A DNA stretch of 37,817 nt from Bacteroidota bacterium. GTDB taxonomy: Bacteria > Bacteroidota > Ignavibacteria > SZUA-365. The notes beneath the pieces are model-generated. The model was not told the DNA's origin. It did not search any database and was given only the letters and a program-made list of their open reading frames with translations. The DNA is taken from positions 1-37,817 of the forward strand of contig JAGTUZ010000021.1 of NCBI GenBank assembly GCA_018224415.1, written 5' to 3'. The stretch's first letter is position 1; each line of letters opens with the position of its first letter. The position numbers were made by a program, and so were the translations under genes. Shown here piece after piece: positions 28,430-37,817 of this stretch.

Positions 28430-28801
28430 ATGCAGATCAAGGAAACAATCGACGGCGACGTCGTGGTGCTCGCACTGAAGGGGAATCTCATGGGCGATCC
28501 CGAAACGACGGAGTTTCGCGACAAGATCAAGGGACTCGTCCGGGACGGCTTCCTGAAGGTCGTGCTCGACGTCTCCAAGATAAAATGGATCAACAGCTCG
28601 GGCCTCGGCGCGCTGATCTCGGCGCTGGCGACGCTTAACAGCAGCGGTGGCGATATGCGCATCGCCAATGTCACCGATAAAATCAACAGCCTGTTCATGA
28701 TCACCCAGCTGATCAAGGTCTTCAAGTCCTTCGAGACCATCGATCGTGCCGTGGCCAGCTTCCTCGTCGATCCCATCTCGGGCAAACCCACCGCGGAGTA
28801 A
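28430..28801 (+). CDS. STAS-domain anti-sigma factor antagonist (RsbV/SpoIIAA-like)
   Basis: VVVLALKGNL, VVLDVSKIKWINSSGLGAL (phospho-Ser motif), GGDMRIANV, LFMITQLIKVF. Confidence 0.93.
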   Translation: MQIKETIDGDVVVLALKGNLMGDPETTEFRDKIKGLVRDGFLKVVLDVSKIKWINSSGLGALISALATLNSSGGDMRIANVTDKINSLFMITQLIKVFKSFETIDRAVASFLVDPISGKPTAE

Positions 28802-28830
28802 ACGGCTGCACGCATCTGCAGAAACGCGTC

Positions 28831-28863
28831 AGGGCGGATCACTTGATCCGCCCTTTGCATTTC
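28831..28863 (+). terminator. Intrinsic terminator hairpin between convergent genes
   Basis: AGGGCGGATC-ACTT-GATCCGCCCT, a perfect 10-bp stem, followed by TTGCATTT. Confidence 0.7.
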
Positions 28864-28926
28864 TGTCGATGCCGATATTCTTCGCACCGACCGCCGCACG
28901 CGATCGTCGTCGTGGCGCGACCGGGT

Positions 28927-30846
28927 TCAGGGCGCGCCGGCGAGGCGCCGGAGCAGATCAAGAATTGCCGGATCACCTGGCGAGAATTCCAGGGCACGCT
29001 GCAGGGCACGTTCGGCGCGCTCGCGCAAGCCGGCATCGGCGAGATAGATGCCGCGGTTGCCAAACATCGATGCGTACAGGCGACGCATTTCCACCGGGAG
29101 TCGATCGTCGCTGTCGAAGGGCCGGTACACAAGCGGTACGTCTTTTGTCGATGCGGGGTCGGGGAGATCCTCCGGCCGGTACAGACGAAACGCCAGTCCG
29201 GCCGGCACACGCACGTACCCGGGCGCAAACTGCTTCTCCAATTCGATTGTCACGTACACAGGCCGGGTTGCATAGGCGCGGTCCACGATGCCATTGACGA
29301 CGGCATTGAACGCGTCCTCGATCGCTGCCGGATCGTAGGGTTCGCCGCGTTCGAAGCGGCGCAGGTGCACGAGGAAGGTCTCGATCTCCGCGCGCACGGA
29401 CGCGTGGATGTCGGGATGGTTGCTGCGCAGCTGCTCGAAATACCAGGAGCGGCGGAACAGTTCCTTGTCGAGCACAACGATGTCGGGACGCTTGTTCTCA
29501 ACGAGCTGGTAATAATAGGATGCAGAGATCCAGAAATCCCACTGAAAGGACAGCACCACGGCGTCCTTTTCCAGCGAGGCAAACATGTTGTGTGTATAAT
29601 CCTCTACCAGGTAGTTGCCGGCCTGGCTGACGCGTCCCCACTGAAGCAGCAATAGCACCGCGAGCACAACGGCGCCCGGTACGAGCGGGTCACGGAGGCG
29701 CGGAGGGACACCGCGCAGCACGCGCAGTTGCGGCAGGATGCGCAGCCCGAAGGCCGTCCAGATCGCAAGCACGAAAAAGCCGAGCAGGAAATACGAATCG
29801 ATGTCGTTGATGTCATACCCCGCCGCCCAGACCAGGCAGGTGACAAACAGCAGGAGCAGAAAGACACCGAGGGAACGGCGACGCCGGCTCGCCACAACCG
29901 CCCCGATCGCCGCGGGCAGCAGCGCGAGCCAAGCGCTGTCTCGTGCGAAGGCTTCCAGCGCGTACATGAACTGCTTCCCCCATGCCTGCGCACCGGAAAA
30001 CATCCAGACACTGTACTGCTTCCCGCTCACGTGCCAGAACAACCGCTCGAAATCGACGGGATTGCCCCAGTTCAGCGCGGGTCCCGCCGCCGCGCGCAGA
30101 GGGAGGTACAGATACGGCAGCAAGCCAAGCGCAAACGCCGCCGCGGCGAACGCGAAGCCTTTCCCGAATCCTTCGCTGCGCGCATGGGTCAGGAAAAGCA
30201 TCACAAGCAGCGCCGGGAGGAGGAACACCGTGCTCATGTGGTTGGAAAAGGAAAGTCCCAGCAGAAACGCCGTCACCGCCATACGACGCTGCAGGCTGCG
30301 GACATCAGGCACGGGGAGAAAGAACAACCGCGCCGCGCTCCACAGCACAAGGGCGAGCATGAGAATATGCAGCGAATACACTTCGATCGACAACGCGGTG
30401 CGCCAGAACGTACCGCCGAAGGCGAGCACGAGCGCGCCGGACGCGGCCGCACGCAGCAACGTGTCGTCATCCTCTGCCGGAACGGTCGCCTGTGCAGCGG
30501 CTTTCTTCTTGCCCGCGTTCCGGCGCCGTGCCACGTCAGGCAGCGCGCGCAGCAGATCGAAAATCAGCTGCACGGCGACGGCTGCACCAGCTGCCGAAAA
30601 CACGGCGGCAAAGATGTTCATCCGCAGCATCCCGCTGCCGAAGGGCAGCAGCGCCCAGAGCCCAGCCAGCAGTGTGAACAGCGGGTAGCCCGTCGGATGT
30701 GCGATGCCCCAGGTATGCGCGACGGCGGCGAGTTCGCCGGCGTCGATGAAATCCATGGATGGCGCAAGCGTGAACAGATAGAGCAGCAGTGAGACGGCGA
30801 ATACGATGGCGGACGCCAGCAGCCGCCGGCGGCGAATGTCGGTCAT
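28927..30846 (-). CDS. DUF2723/TMEM260-like GT-C membrane glycosyltransferase with C-terminal TPR
   Basis: DAGEL...GIAHPTGYPLFTLL, EVYSLH, GLSFSNH, YLYLPLRA..P.LNWGNP; many TM helices; terminal TPR-like RALEFSPGDP. Confidence 0.85.
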   Translation of the reverse strand: MTDIRRRRLLASAIVFAVSLLLYLFTLAPSMDFIDAGELAAVAHTWGIAHPTGYPLFTLLAGLWALLPFGSGMLRMNIFAAVFSAAGAAVAVQLIFDLLRALPDVARRRNAGKKKAAAQATVPAEDDDTLLRAAASGALVLAFGGTFWRTALSIEVYSLHILMLALVLWSAARLFFLPVPDVRSLQRRMAVTAFLLGLSFSNHMSTVFLLPALLVMLFLTHARSEGFGKGFAFAAAAFALGLLPYLYLPLRAAAGPALNWGNPVDFERLFWHVSGKQYSVWMFSGAQAWGKQFMYALEAFARDSAWLALLPAAIGAVVASRRRRSLGVFLLLLFVTCLVWAAGYDINDIDSYFLLGFFVLAIWTAFGLRILPQLRVLRGVPPRLRDPLVPGAVVLAVLLLLQWGRVSQAGNYLVEDYTHNMFASLEKDAVVLSFQWDFWISASYYYQLVENKRPDIVVLDKELFRRSWYFEQLRSNHPDIHASVRAEIETFLVHLRRFERGEPYDPAAIEDAFNAVVNGIVDRAYATRPVYVTIELEKQFAPGYVRVPAGLAFRLYRPEDLPDPASTKDVPLVYRPFDSDDRLPVEMRRLYASMFGNRGIYLADAGLRERAERALQRALEFSPGDPAILDLLRRLAGAP

Positions 30847-31787
30847 GATGCGCTATCCTCCGGTTTCTCGGTTTCTTCCGGTTTCTCGGTAATGTCCAGA
30901 AAATAGTCTTCCAGCGAACGGCGCGGCGCGAAGGAAGAAACCGCCACACCGCCGGTGACCAGTGCGGCGTTCACCCGCGCCAGCTCGCTCTCGGGCACGT
31001 TGCAGGAGACGCCCTCATCCCGTGTCTCCAGGTCTTCGACGCCGTCGATGCCGCGGAGCAGTTCCATTGCCCGCTCCCGCGGTTCGGCCTGGATGCGCAC
31101 GGTAATGCGGTCATGGCTGAGCAGTTCCCGCACTCCTCCCTGCACGACGAGCTGACCGCGATGCAGGATGCACATGCGCGTGGCCACCAGCTCGATTTCG
31201 TTGAGCAGGTGCGAAGACAGAAACACCGTCATCCCATGATCGCGGTTGAGTCGGCGGATAAGCTCGCGCACTTCCTTCATGCCCTGGGGATCGAGCCCGT
31301 TGGTGGGCTCGTCGAGAATCAGGAGTTCCGGCTCCGCTATCAGTGCCTGGGCGATGCCCAGGCGCTGCTTCATGCCGTGCGAGTATGCCTTGACGCGATC
31401 CCGGGCGCGGTCGGCAAGGCCGACGATGTCAAGCACCTCCATGATGCGCCGCCGGTCGACACGGCCGTAGAGCGCGGCAACGATTTCCATGTTCTTCATT
31501 GCGCTGAGATAGAGATAGAAATCCGGACGCTCGACAAGACCGCCCACGCGCGCGAGCACGCTTCGGTCGGCCGACACCTCACGGCCGAACAGTCGCACCG
31601 ACCCCGTGGTCGGCGTGATCAGGGAGAGGATCATGCGGATGGTCGTGCTCTTCCCCGCCCCGTTGGGACCGAGAAAACCATAGATGTCACCGCGGCGGAC
31701 GGAGAGATCGAGGTTCTGCACCGCATGCCGCTTGCCGAACTGCTTGCCGAGTCCGGTCGTCTGGAGAATGATCTCTGCGTCGCTCAT
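30843..31787 (-). CDS. ABC transporter ATP-binding protein (BcrA/DrrA-like exporter type)
   Basis: GPNGAGKST, YSHGMKQRLG, LLILDEPTNGLDP, SSHLL, C-terminal SLEDYFL. Confidence 0.95.
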   Translation of the reverse strand: MSDAEIILQTTGLGKQFGKRHAVQNLDLSVRRGDIYGFLGPNGAGKSTTIRMILSLITPTTGSVRLFGREVSADRSVLARVGGLVERPDFYLYLSAMKNMEIVAALYGRVDRRRIMEVLDIVGLADRARDRVKAYSHGMKQRLGIAQALIAEPELLILDEPTNGLDPQGMKEVRELIRRLNRDHGMTVFLSSHLLNEIELVATRMCILHRGQLVVQGGVRELLSHDRITVRIQAEPRERAMELLRGIDGVEDLETRDEGVSCNVPESELARVNAALVTGGVAVSSFAPRRSLEDYFLDITEKPEETEKPEDSAS

Positions 31788-31832
31788 GTGTCTCCCTGCG
31801 CGGGTGATCGTGGAGCCGGAATGAACGCGGAC

Positions 31833-32408
31833 CTAGAGATAAAGCAGGAGGAACACGGCCGGGATGATCAGTCCCGCCGCAGTCAGCCATGCACCGCGTC
31901 CGGTGATGCCTTTGTTGCCCTTGAGAATGAACAGACCCGAGATCGCCATGATGACCAGCGCGCCGGCAAAAATATCGGAGAACCAGGTCCAGAGATTCCT
32001 CGGCGTGTTGTAATGCAGATAGTTGACCTCGAAAAACACGGCACGCCGCCTCGCGTGTTCGAGCAGTCCTTCGCCCGCCTCGGCATCGACGGTCAAGGAT
32101 CCTCCGTCGAGAAAAATCTTGAGAATGCCGGCTTCGGGGAAATAATGATTTTTGTAGTTGTCCTCCTCGCCCAGCGGTTCAAGCATGGCGAGGGCCATGT
32201 CACGGGTGAAGCCCTCCTGTTCGAAGGGCTTCACCCGCACGTCTTCCTGCGTGATGTGATAGTTCGGATCCCAATCCTTCATGTGATTGAGAGCGATGCC
32301 CGACAGGGCGTAGATCACGGTCATGGCCGCAAAGAAATATCCAAGGTCACGATGGACGGCCTGGTTCCACTTGCGGATGCGTTGTGTCGTCTTCATCGCT
32401 GGGATCAA
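31833..32408 (-). CDS. PepSY-associated TM helix membrane protein
   Basis: HRDLGYF...YALSGIALNH, NYLHYN...WTWFSD.FA...ISGLF; three TM helices. True start may be the second Met (MKTT). Ends at TAG. Confidence 0.8.
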   Translation of the reverse strand: MIPAMKTTQRIRKWNQAVHRDLGYFFAAMTVIYALSGIALNHMKDWDPNYHITQEDVRVKPFEQEGFTRDMALAMLEPLGEEDNYKNHYFPEAGILKIFLDGGSLTVDAEAGEGLLEHARRRAVFFEVNYLHYNTPRNLWTWFSDIFAGALVIMAISGLFILKGNKGITGRGAWLTAAGLIIPAVFLLLYL

Positions 32409-33043
32409 TGTCCTTGGTGTTCGTCTTCGTCGGCGGCTTCTTCCGTTGCGACGGGCGCACTCGAACCATCCTTCATTTCGTAGCTCACGGCGTCGGCATA
32501 CCAGTTCGAAAGATAGGGCTTGCCACTGGCCTTCAGCTCCTCGCGCTTGGCGTTGACGGCATCGAGGCCCTGTGGCTCGACATGTCCGTCGTTTTCCTCA
32601 CATTCGGCGATGGCCGATGGCGTGGCGTGATCATGGTTCTCGTACTCCATACCCTCGCGAAGCTCAGCTTCCCACTCCTCGCGAATCTCAGCTTCCCACT
32701 CGTCAAGATCCGCGGCGTCGATGCGGGTCTCGCGCAGGATGCAGCGGACCACGATGTCGCTGCCTTCGAGTTCACGCGCAAACGCCGCCATTTCCTCCGG
32801 CGCTTCGATGCGGATCTTCACATTGGGTTCAAGATCAGTGATGTGCACGCGACGGCCGCCGTGCTTGCAGACATGCGTCACTGTGCCTTCGAGTGTGATT
32901 TCCTTGCCGAGATATTGGTCGGGACTCTCGAGCAGTTGCGAGACCGTCATCACTTCGCCCGCGTCCGTCTGCTCGCCGTCCTGCTTCTGTCCGCAGGCCG
33001 TGAACAGCAGCGCGACAAGCGCGAGGGATAAAAGCTGTTTCAT
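32405..33043 (-). CDS. Lipoprotein with OB-fold-like domain and His/acidic segments
   Basis: Start moved to ATG 33043 (AAGGA upstream); lipobox LFTAC; TVSQLLESPDQYLGKEITLEGTVTHVCKHGG. Confidence 0.75.
   Translation of the reverse strand: MKQLLSLALVALLFTACGQKQDGEQTDAGEVMTVSQLLESPDQYLGKEITLEGTVTHVCKHGGRRVHITDLEPNVKIRIEAPEEMAAFARELEGSDIVVRCILRETRIDAADLDEWEAEIREEWEAELREGMEYENHDHATPSAIAECEENDGHVEPQGLDAVNAKREELKASGKPYLSNWYADAVSYEMKDGSSAPVATEEAADEDEHQGH
32653..32700 (-). repeat. In-frame 24-bp tandem duplication (EWEAEIRE/EWEAELRE)
   Basis: CCTCGCGAAGCTCAGCTTCCCACT followed by CCTCGCGAATCTCAGCTTCCCACT, one mismatch. Confidence 0.85.
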
Positions 33044-33084
33044 GTTCGTTTTCCTTGTATGGATGGGAATCATCAATGGGTCCT

Positions 33085-33114
33085 GTAAGGAACCGGCGGG
33101 GTTCCGCCGGGTTC
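33085..33114 (-). terminator. Possible terminator hairpin after hutI
   Basis: CCGGCGG-N4-CCGCCGG (33093-33110); weak U tail (TTCCTTA on the minus strand). Confidence 0.4.
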
Positions 33115-33121
33115 GCCGGTG

Positions 33122-34387
33122 TCAGTCCCGCGCAGACGCGTAGGATTTTTCCATGACCACCTGTCCGCGCTTGACCACGGTATTCAGATGGTTCACTCCG
33201 AAATGATAGATGATGCGATGGTAGTTCGGTACGTCGAACATCAGCAGGTCGGCCTGCTTGCCCACCTCGATGCTGCCGAGGATGTCCGAACGGTCGAGCG
33301 ACGCGGCGGCGTTGAGCGTCACGGCAGTGACGATCTCCTCCATGGTCATGCGCATGCGCGTCGCGGCGAGCGACATCATGAGCTGGATGTTTTCGCTCAT
33401 GCAGGAGCCGGGGTTCGCATCGGTGGCGATGGCCACGGCAAGGCCCGCGTCGATGAAGCGGCGGGCGTCGGGAAACTGCTCGCCGAGGAAAAGGGAAACG
33501 CCCGGCAGCAGCGTGGCGACGGTATTGCTGTCGCGCAGATGTGCGAGCCCGTTGTCGCTGATGTGGTCGAGATGGTCGGCGGAAGAGGCAAACACGTCTC
33601 CCGCAAGTTCGGCACCGCCGCCCGGAGTGATCTGGTCGGCATGCACGCGTGCCTTGAGTCCGAGTTCGCGGGCGCGGAGAAAAATGGTCCGGGCCTCCTC
33701 GACGGTGAAGGCGCCGCGTTCGACGAAGACATCGCAGTACTGCGCCAGTCCGCGGCGGCCCACTTCAGGCAGCATGCGATCAAGCACGAGCGTGAGGTAT
33801 TCCTCCCGCCGATCCTTGTAGTCGAAGGGAATGGTGTGCGCGCCGAGAAAGGTCGGCACGATTTCCACGACATGCAGTTCCTGCAACTCGCGGACAACCT
33901 CGAGCATCTTGATCTCGTTTTCGAAATCCAGCCCGTAGCCGCTTTTGATCTCGACCGTGGTGGATCCGAATCCCAGGCAACTGTCCAGGCGATGCAGCGC
34001 GTACTCGGTCAGCTCGACCTTGCTCGCGACGCGCGTCGCCTTGACGGTGGTATTGATACCGCCGCCGTCGGCCGCGATTTCCGCGTAGGTCGCGCCGGCG
34101 ATGCGACGGGCGAATTCGCCTTCTCGCGCGCCGGCGAAGACGAGATGCGTGTGCGAATCAACAAAGCCCGGGAGAACGGTCTTGCCGAAGGCGTTGATCG
34201 AACGCTCGGCTTTCGAAATATCGATGCCGTCAGACGGACCCACGTACGCAATACGCCCGTCGCGGATGGCAACCGCGCCGTCCTCGATCAGGCCAATTTC
34301 GCGCATCGCGGCTCCCTCCTTCCGCTTCGCGCCATCCGCCGCCACCGTCACCAACTGGCTGATATTGTAGAAAATCAAATCCATCAT
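33122..34387 (-). CDS. hutI: Imidazolonepropionase
   Basis: PGFVDSHTHLVFAG.R..EF, GGGINTTVKATR, TVEIKSGYGL, TFLGAH, CDVFVE, HADQ, SADHL, AIATDANPGS. Confidence 0.97.
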   Translation of the reverse strand: MMDLIFYNISQLVTVAADGAKRKEGAAMREIGLIEDGAVAIRDGRIAYVGPSDGIDISKAERSINAFGKTVLPGFVDSHTHLVFAGAREGEFARRIAGATYAEIAADGGGINTTVKATRVASKVELTEYALHRLDSCLGFGSTTVEIKSGYGLDFENEIKMLEVVRELQELHVVEIVPTFLGAHTIPFDYKDRREEYLTLVLDRMLPEVGRRGLAQYCDVFVERGAFTVEEARTIFLRARELGLKARVHADQITPGGGAELAGDVFASSADHLDHISDNGLAHLRDSNTVATLLPGVSLFLGEQFPDARRFIDAGLAVAIATDANPGSCMSENIQLMMSLAATRMRMTMEEIVTAVTLNAAASLDRSDILGSIEVGKQADLLMFDVPNYHRIIYHFGVNHLNTVVKRGQVVMEKSYASARD

Positions 34388-34435
34388 GAGCAGGAAAACT
34401 ACCTATTATTCCATTGCACCGATAAAAAAGAAAGC

Positions 34436-34462
34436 AATCTGCGTAATCCGTGTAATCCGCGG
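34436..34462. repeat. Three-copy 9-bp imperfect repeat abutting the aspS stop
   Basis: AATCTGCGT AATCCGTGT AATCCGCGG. Confidence 0.6.
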
Positions 34463-36238
34463 TTACTCTTTCGCGCGGATCGCGATATGCAATTCCTTCA
34501 GCTGCGCCTCCGACGCCGGCGAGGGCGAACCATCCATCAGCGACAGCGCATTGTTCGTCTTCGGGAAGGCAATGACATCGCGGATACTGGTCAGTCCCAG
34601 GAGAATTGTTGTGATGCGGTCGAGGCCGAGAGCGATGCCCGCATGCGGCGGGGCGCCGAAGCGGAAAGCATTGATGAGGAAGCCGAACTTCTCGTTGATT
34701 TCCTCCGGCGCGAGGCCGAGGATGGAAAACACCTTCGACTGCAGCGCGCCGTCATGGATACGGACGCTGCCGCTGCCCACTTCGTTGCCGTTCCACACCA
34801 GGTCGTAACAGTCCGCACGCGCCGCGGCGGGTTCACTGTCGAGCAAGTCGAGATCGCTGGCCTTCGGCGAAGTGAACGGATGGTGTTCGGCATAGAAGCG
34901 CTGCTCTTCCTCGTCCCACTGGAACAGCGGGAAGTCCGTCACCCAGAGCAGGCGGTGTGCCGATCGGTCGACGAGGCCGAGTTCGCGTCCGAGTTCCAGG
35001 CGGATGGTGCCGAGGGCCTCGAGCGCCTTTTTCTTCCGCGCGTCGGCGGCGATGAGGACAAGGTCGCCGTCCTCGGCGCCCATGGCGGTACGGATGTCCG
35101 CGAGCTGCGGCTCGGTGAGGAACTTGGCGATGGGGGAATTCCACCCGCCATCGGCGGCTTTCATCCAGGCAAGGCCGCCGAGGCCGAGCGTCTTCGCGCG
35201 TTCGGTGAGTTCGTCGAGTTTCTTGCGGCTGAACTCCTCCGCTTTTCCCTTCACATTGATGGCGGAAACGATGCCGCCGACGAGTGCGGAGGAGAAGACC
35301 TTGAATTCCGTTCCCGCCAGCACCTCGTTGAGCGTGACGAGTTCCATCGCGAAGCGCAGGTCGGGCTTGTCCGATCCGTAGCGTTCCAGCGCCTCGAAAT
35401 AATCCAGGCGCGGAATCGGCAGTGCGAGGTCGTAGCCGATGGTCTCCTTCAGCAGGCGCCGGGCGAAGCCTTCGAGAAGCGTGTAGATGTCTTCGGCCTG
35501 GACGAAGCTCATCTCGACGTCGATCTGCGTGAATTCCGGTTGGCGGTCGGCGCGCAGGTCCTCGTCGCGGAAGCACTTGACGATCTGCACATAGCGGTCG
35601 AGCCCTGCAACCATGAGCAACTGCTTGTAGGTCTGCGGCGACTGCGGAAGCGCGAAGAACTTGCCCGCATGCACGCGGCTGGGCACGAGGTAATCGCGCG
35701 CGCCTTCTGGAGTGCTTTTCATGAGCACGGGTGTTTCCACCTCGACGAAATCGTGCTCGTCGAAGTAGCGGTGCACGACCTGGTAGATGCGGTGGCGCAG
35801 CAGCAGGTTTTTCTGCAGCACAGGGCGTCGGAGGTCGAGATAGCGGTATTTGAGGCGCAGGTCCTCGTGCGCGTCGACGTCATCCTCGATCTCGAAGGGT
35901 GGAATTTCCGACGCCGTGAGAATCTCGAAGGCATCGACAACCACCTCCACCGCGCCCGTGGGCATCTCGGTGTTGGTCTGTCCCTCCGGCCGCGGACGCA
36001 CCGTCCCCGTGACACTGAGCACATATTCCGAGCGCAGTTCCGCCGCCTGTTCATGCACGGCCGCGTTGTGATCGGGGGCGAACACCACCTGGGTGAGTCC
36101 GTAGCGGTCACGCAGGTCGATGAAAATCATGCCGCCGAGATTGCGCCGGCCGTCCACCCAGCCGTTGAGCGTGACCGTCTGTCCGACGTGATCGATCCGC
36201 GGTTCCCCGCAGGTAATCGTGCGCTTGGTGAAGTTCAT
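34463..36238 (-). CDS. aspS: Aspartate--tRNA ligase
   Basis: FIDLRDRYG, STPEGARDYLVPSR, ALPQSPQ, CFRDEDLRADRQPEFTQID, GAD insert, HHPFT, GAPPHAGIALGLDR, IRDVIAFPK. Confidence 0.99.
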   Translation of the reverse strand: MNFTKRTITCGEPRIDHVGQTVTLNGWVDGRRNLGGMIFIDLRDRYGLTQVVFAPDHNAAVHEQAAELRSEYVLSVTGTVRPRPEGQTNTEMPTGAVEVVVDAFEILTASEIPPFEIEDDVDAHEDLRLKYRYLDLRRPVLQKNLLLRHRIYQVVHRYFDEHDFVEVETPVLMKSTPEGARDYLVPSRVHAGKFFALPQSPQTYKQLLMVAGLDRYVQIVKCFRDEDLRADRQPEFTQIDVEMSFVQAEDIYTLLEGFARRLLKETIGYDLALPIPRLDYFEALERYGSDKPDLRFAMELVTLNEVLAGTEFKVFSSALVGGIVSAINVKGKAEEFSRKKLDELTERAKTLGLGGLAWMKAADGGWNSPIAKFLTEPQLADIRTAMGAEDGDLVLIAADARKKKALEALGTIRLELGRELGLVDRSAHRLLWVTDFPLFQWDEEEQRFYAEHHPFTSPKASDLDLLDSEPAAARADCYDLVWNGNEVGSGSVRIHDGALQSKVFSILGLAPEEINEKFGFLINAFRFGAPPHAGIALGLDRITTILLGLTSIRDVIAFPKTNNALSLMDGSPSPASEAQLKELHIAIRAKE

Positions 36239-36297
36239 GTTGTCCGTTCAGTTCGGGTTCGTGAAACAATCCATTCATGAAATATACAGAAAACTTT

Positions 36298-36369
36298 CCG
36301 GACCGGCGCCCGCCCGGACCGGCGCGCGCCAGCGCGCCATTCAACCCCCGGACCGGCGCGCGCCGGTCC
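36298..36369. repeat. CCGGACCGGCGC x3, including a perfect 20-bp palindrome
   Basis: Copies start at 36298, 36314 and 36348; GGACCGGCGCGCGCCGGTCC at 36350-36369. Confidence 0.8.
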
Positions 36370-36765
36370 AAGCCGGCATCGTGGCTTTTCCCGGCGATTT
36401 TGCTTCATCCCGGGTCCGTTTTTTTCTGTCCGAGGAAATGACTATTTTTGTTTCTGGACAGAGTTACCTTTATATCCGAAACAACAACACGCACCTGGGT
36501 CCCTTGGACCGCCGATCACGAAGCACCTGCCATCGTCTGATCCCCCCTCTGTCCCGAACGTGTTCCCTTCCGCCGCGGCACTGGTGCCCGCCCGGCGCAA
36601 GCGCTCCCCCGCGGAGCAGAAAGGATGGATGCCTTCCCCCCCCCCGCACCCGTTCACCGCAGTCGGACCCGCGCCCGCGTCCTGCGTGGCGGCGTTTTCC
36701 CTCTCCCCCACGGGAGCGTCCGCGACGGACGCTCTCCCCGCGAATGTTCACAACTGACCCGATAA

Positions 36766-37817
<1,052 letters not shown>

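Noticed and set aside
33119-36280. 1053-aa plus-strand ORF spanning hutI and aspS
   Set aside because: Antisense to two unambiguous genes that happen to share a frame; no recognisable domain.

Overview
This is a GC-rich, densely coding bacterial chromosomal segment, most likely from a non-Bacteroidia member of the FCB group. That inference rests on a T9SS-type C-terminal sorting domain, a DUF2723 protein, the TPR/beta-barrel/ExbBD/TonB cluster and clear Shine-Dalgarno use. Gene order, left half: partial tatD and tcdA; a minus-strand efflux operon (MFP, RND, TolC, MATE); an outer-membrane barrel followed by an AddB/AddA-like nuclease-helicase pair; a T9SS cargo protein; a six-gene envelope operon (giant TPR protein, short TonB-receptor-like barrel, acidic-repeat membrane protein, ExbB, ExbD, TonB). 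Gene order, right half: a RavA/ViaA-like MoxR AAA+/VWA pair; a 15-copy 8-bp tandem repeat; a small operon (hypothetical, Cys-rich, STAS); a minus-strand run transcribed aspS, hutI, lipoprotein, PepSY-TM, ABC ATPase, DUF2723; and the 5' part of pyruvate:ferredoxin oxidoreductase (PFOR). I saw no rRNA, tRNA, CRISPR array or mobile element. The clearest anomaly, which the ORF track hides, is one in-frame TAG at codon 77 (37006-37008) of an otherwise intact PFOR, where Gln is expected. The best candidates for poorly characterised systems are the TPR-barrel-ExbBD-TonB operon, the divergent MoxR/VWA pair and the VNTR-preceded Cys-rich/STAS operon. All calls come from motif recognition by eye; no database searches were run.
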